A stretch of DNA of 64,000 bases from Moniliella sp. 'wahieum' (Eukaryota): contig RSEE01000015.1 of NCBI GenBank assembly GCA_003971905.1, positions 186,001 through 250,000 of the forward strand, read 5' to 3'. The notes under the pieces were generated by a model, which made no database searches, had not been told where the DNA came from, and saw only the letters and a list, made by a program, of their open reading frames with translations. Shown here piece after piece: positions 61,765 to 64,000 of the stretch. Numbering within the stretch: position 1 is the stretch's first letter; every line of letters starts with the position of its first letter. A program made the translations under genes and the position numbers.

Positions 61765-62146
61765 ATTCTCGGTTGCGGGGTTCAAAGGTGGTGTGGGTAC
61801 TGTAGGTCCGGAGCGGGGAACCAAGAGAGAAAAGGACGGTAGGGAGACGCATTGTGTGTGTGTACTAATATATAGGTACGGTTCGTTATTAGGTTCGTTA
61901 TTAAACGCTGGGAATATTTACCTGCTGCCACATGAGGCTGAGTGATGCCGCTCCGCCACATCCCACGCGATCTTGAACTGTGGAGTTGGCTATGACATTA
62001 TCGTGACCCCACACCAGGAACGATACTGTTAATGCAATGCGCCAGTAATGCACCAGTCTAGATGCTTACGGATCGAGTGTTACGTTTAGGCTGAGTACCG
62101 AACCCCAAAGCCGGCAAAGGAAGTGGATCAAGGGGCGCCGCATGGC

Positions 62147-63178
62147 TTACGCAGGCTGATGAGGGCGTAGAGAATTGTAGTGCTCTCCTAGGCCGTAGGC
62201 GGAGCGGTAGTAGGCAATGTAAGCGGGTGGAGAGCTAAACTCTTCCCCAATCTTGAGAGGGGTTGTCTCAGCCTGTACAACGACCATGGGCGTTTGATAG
62301 GCCCGGGACAATGCGAGGATTTCCAACTGACCACCCCACACAGCCGAGTTTTCCACCGCATCGCAGTAGGCTTGGAAAAACTTGGCCGGATCAGTACTAA
62401 TACTAGCGTCGGTAAGACCCGCCAACTTCTCATTTGGATCGATAAAGGGCAAGTACGAATCAGGATCGGCCCGCATGGTGGCAGCAGCGGCCTTGCGGTG
62501 TCCTTGTAGGTCAAGTCAGGGTTCCGGCCAGCCTTGGCAGAGTCCGCTTTGGCTAGCGCGTTGAGCTGGTCGGCGACCGCGGCGTAAAGACAATGCCCAT
62601 CGGCTGGATCTCAATCATGTCCACATTGAGATTCTTGCACTTCCATTCCATCTCCTTCCATTCCCGTTCGGCAGGGTCCATGCCGTTCTTGGCGCGCAGG
62701 TCGGCCACCTCCTTCTCGGCAGCAGCACGGGTCGCCGCCTCCTGCGCCGCACGCTTTTCCAGTCGTTGCTTGGCCTTGGACTTTTTCTTTCCGCTTGGAG
62801 CGCCATGGGAATCTTGCTCACCTTCTACAGCCCCAGTTGGATTGGCCTCTTCGGTGGGAGCAGAGTAATAGGAGGAGAGAAGTAGGTTGGGTAGGCTCCT
62901 GGATGGATCGAACACACGTGAAAGCAAACAAGGTAAGCGGACTGGCAGGGCTGAAGCGGGAGCTGGAAAAGAGGGTGGACGTGATAACGTACCTGGGGAG
63001 GGACGGATGCTGCCCCCTCTGGCTTGTCCTCCTGCGGTTGGGGCTGCGTCTTGCCAGCGTCTAGGGCCGCCAGGAGCTCGTCGGCCAGGTCGAAGCCGGC
63101 GTCCCCGTCCATGTCGGGCAGAGGCGGCAGCTCCTCCTTCTTGGCCTGGCTGGCTTTTTTCTTCCCTTTCTTGGCCAT
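62147..63178 (-). CDS. OTU2: OTU-domain deubiquitinase (Otu2/OTUD6B-like)
   Basis: EIQ(P)DGHCLYAAVADQL after restoring one base; LAAATMRADPDSYLPF; WGGQLEILALS; AYYRSAYGLGEHYNSLRP. Intron at about 62865-62992. Confidence 0.88.
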
Positions 63179-63799
63179 GCTGCACAAAACAAGGAGGCGG
63201 GGCGGGGGGGGGAGGCAATGCGTGCACAGCAGGCCGAATGGCGGGAGGAGAGCTTCTCAATCTGGTGGCCAGTGCTGTTCACCCAGAGGAGCGCGTCTTG
63301 GGAGCACGCACGCTGCTTTGTGCGGCCGCAGAGGCAGGGCCATTTAGAATGCGGGAGTTCGGACGGCAGTTGCAATTTCAATGCGGCCAAGCCAGGTGTC
63401 CTTGTTCCGCGCCTCAGCCATGGGATGTGGATCGATGATCGCAGCGCGGGTGTCCGTTCCGCTCGGGCAGACGCAAACTGCGTGGCTGAGCTCAGCTGCA
63501 GTTCGGCGTTCGGCGTTAAAGCTTCGGACGTAGGGTTGTGCTCGGGCGTGCGCTGGCAGGCCGGGCGGGTTTGGGCCACAAGCGCACAGGCGCGCGTCAC
63601 GCGTCGTACACGTCATGATGCGCGTGTCAGCACGGAGCCCGTCGGCCGCCCGGGGATGGTGATGCAGATGCAGGCCGTCATCGTCATCCGCCATGACGAC
63701 ACCACGCCAGCGTGTCGCCTGCACGTGACGCCTCTTCTCGCCTCGCCTCCTCGCGCCACAGGCACCGGCGAGCGTTCGGCGACGCTGCTGCCTCCATCC

Positions 63800-64000
63800 A
63801 TGTCTGCCTCCGCTGCTCCTGCGGGCAAGCGCGACGGCCTTGCTGCCGCCAGCAAGGACCAGGCCCAGGCAAAGGCAAGGCCACCGCCACCGCCACCGCC
63901 AAGGCCTCCGCCAAGACAGAGATCGCCCCCAAGTTTGCCGACTATGGCTCGGGGGACATGAGCAAGCGCATCGGCCGCGCCAAGGCTGCTGCTGACCTGG
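63800..64000 (+). CDS. 5' end of an unidentified gene running off the window
   Basis: ATG at 63800, MSASAAPAGKRDG..., continuing after an indel as TEIAPKFADYGSGDMSKRIGRAKAAADL. Divergent from OTU2. Confidence 0.4.

Overview
Eukaryotic, fairly GC-rich fungal DNA. It is most consistent with an intron-poor basidiomycete; Ustilaginomycotina-like is inference only. The window holds about 24 protein-coding genes: Pmp3-domain protein, NAD(P)-binding SDR, GH79, USO1, TVP38/VTT, S53 sedolisin, HIT, telobox/Myb, NDUFS3, SEC22, forkhead, CipC-like, RPS20, FYVE-RING, Pex23/30-like, RPP2, LEA_2-like, GLO1, VMS1, F-box, MFS, OTU2 and several unknowns. There is also one intron-containing tRNA-Thr(AGT). Many genes, including essential ones, carry 1-2 bp indels that look like unpolished long-read errors, so gene ends are approximate. 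Two things stand out. (1) A GH79 gene is cut off and fused in frame to a 5'-truncated RLE-type (CRE-clade-like) non-LTR retrotransposon, and a diverged copy of the element's 3' tail sits 38 kb away. (2) Intergenic DNA is pervaded by a 7-bp-period grammar, TNA-(4-bp palindrome)-TNA, with many different cores. This looks like the accumulated footprint of a hairpin-forming cut-and-repair process rather than ordinary microsatellites.
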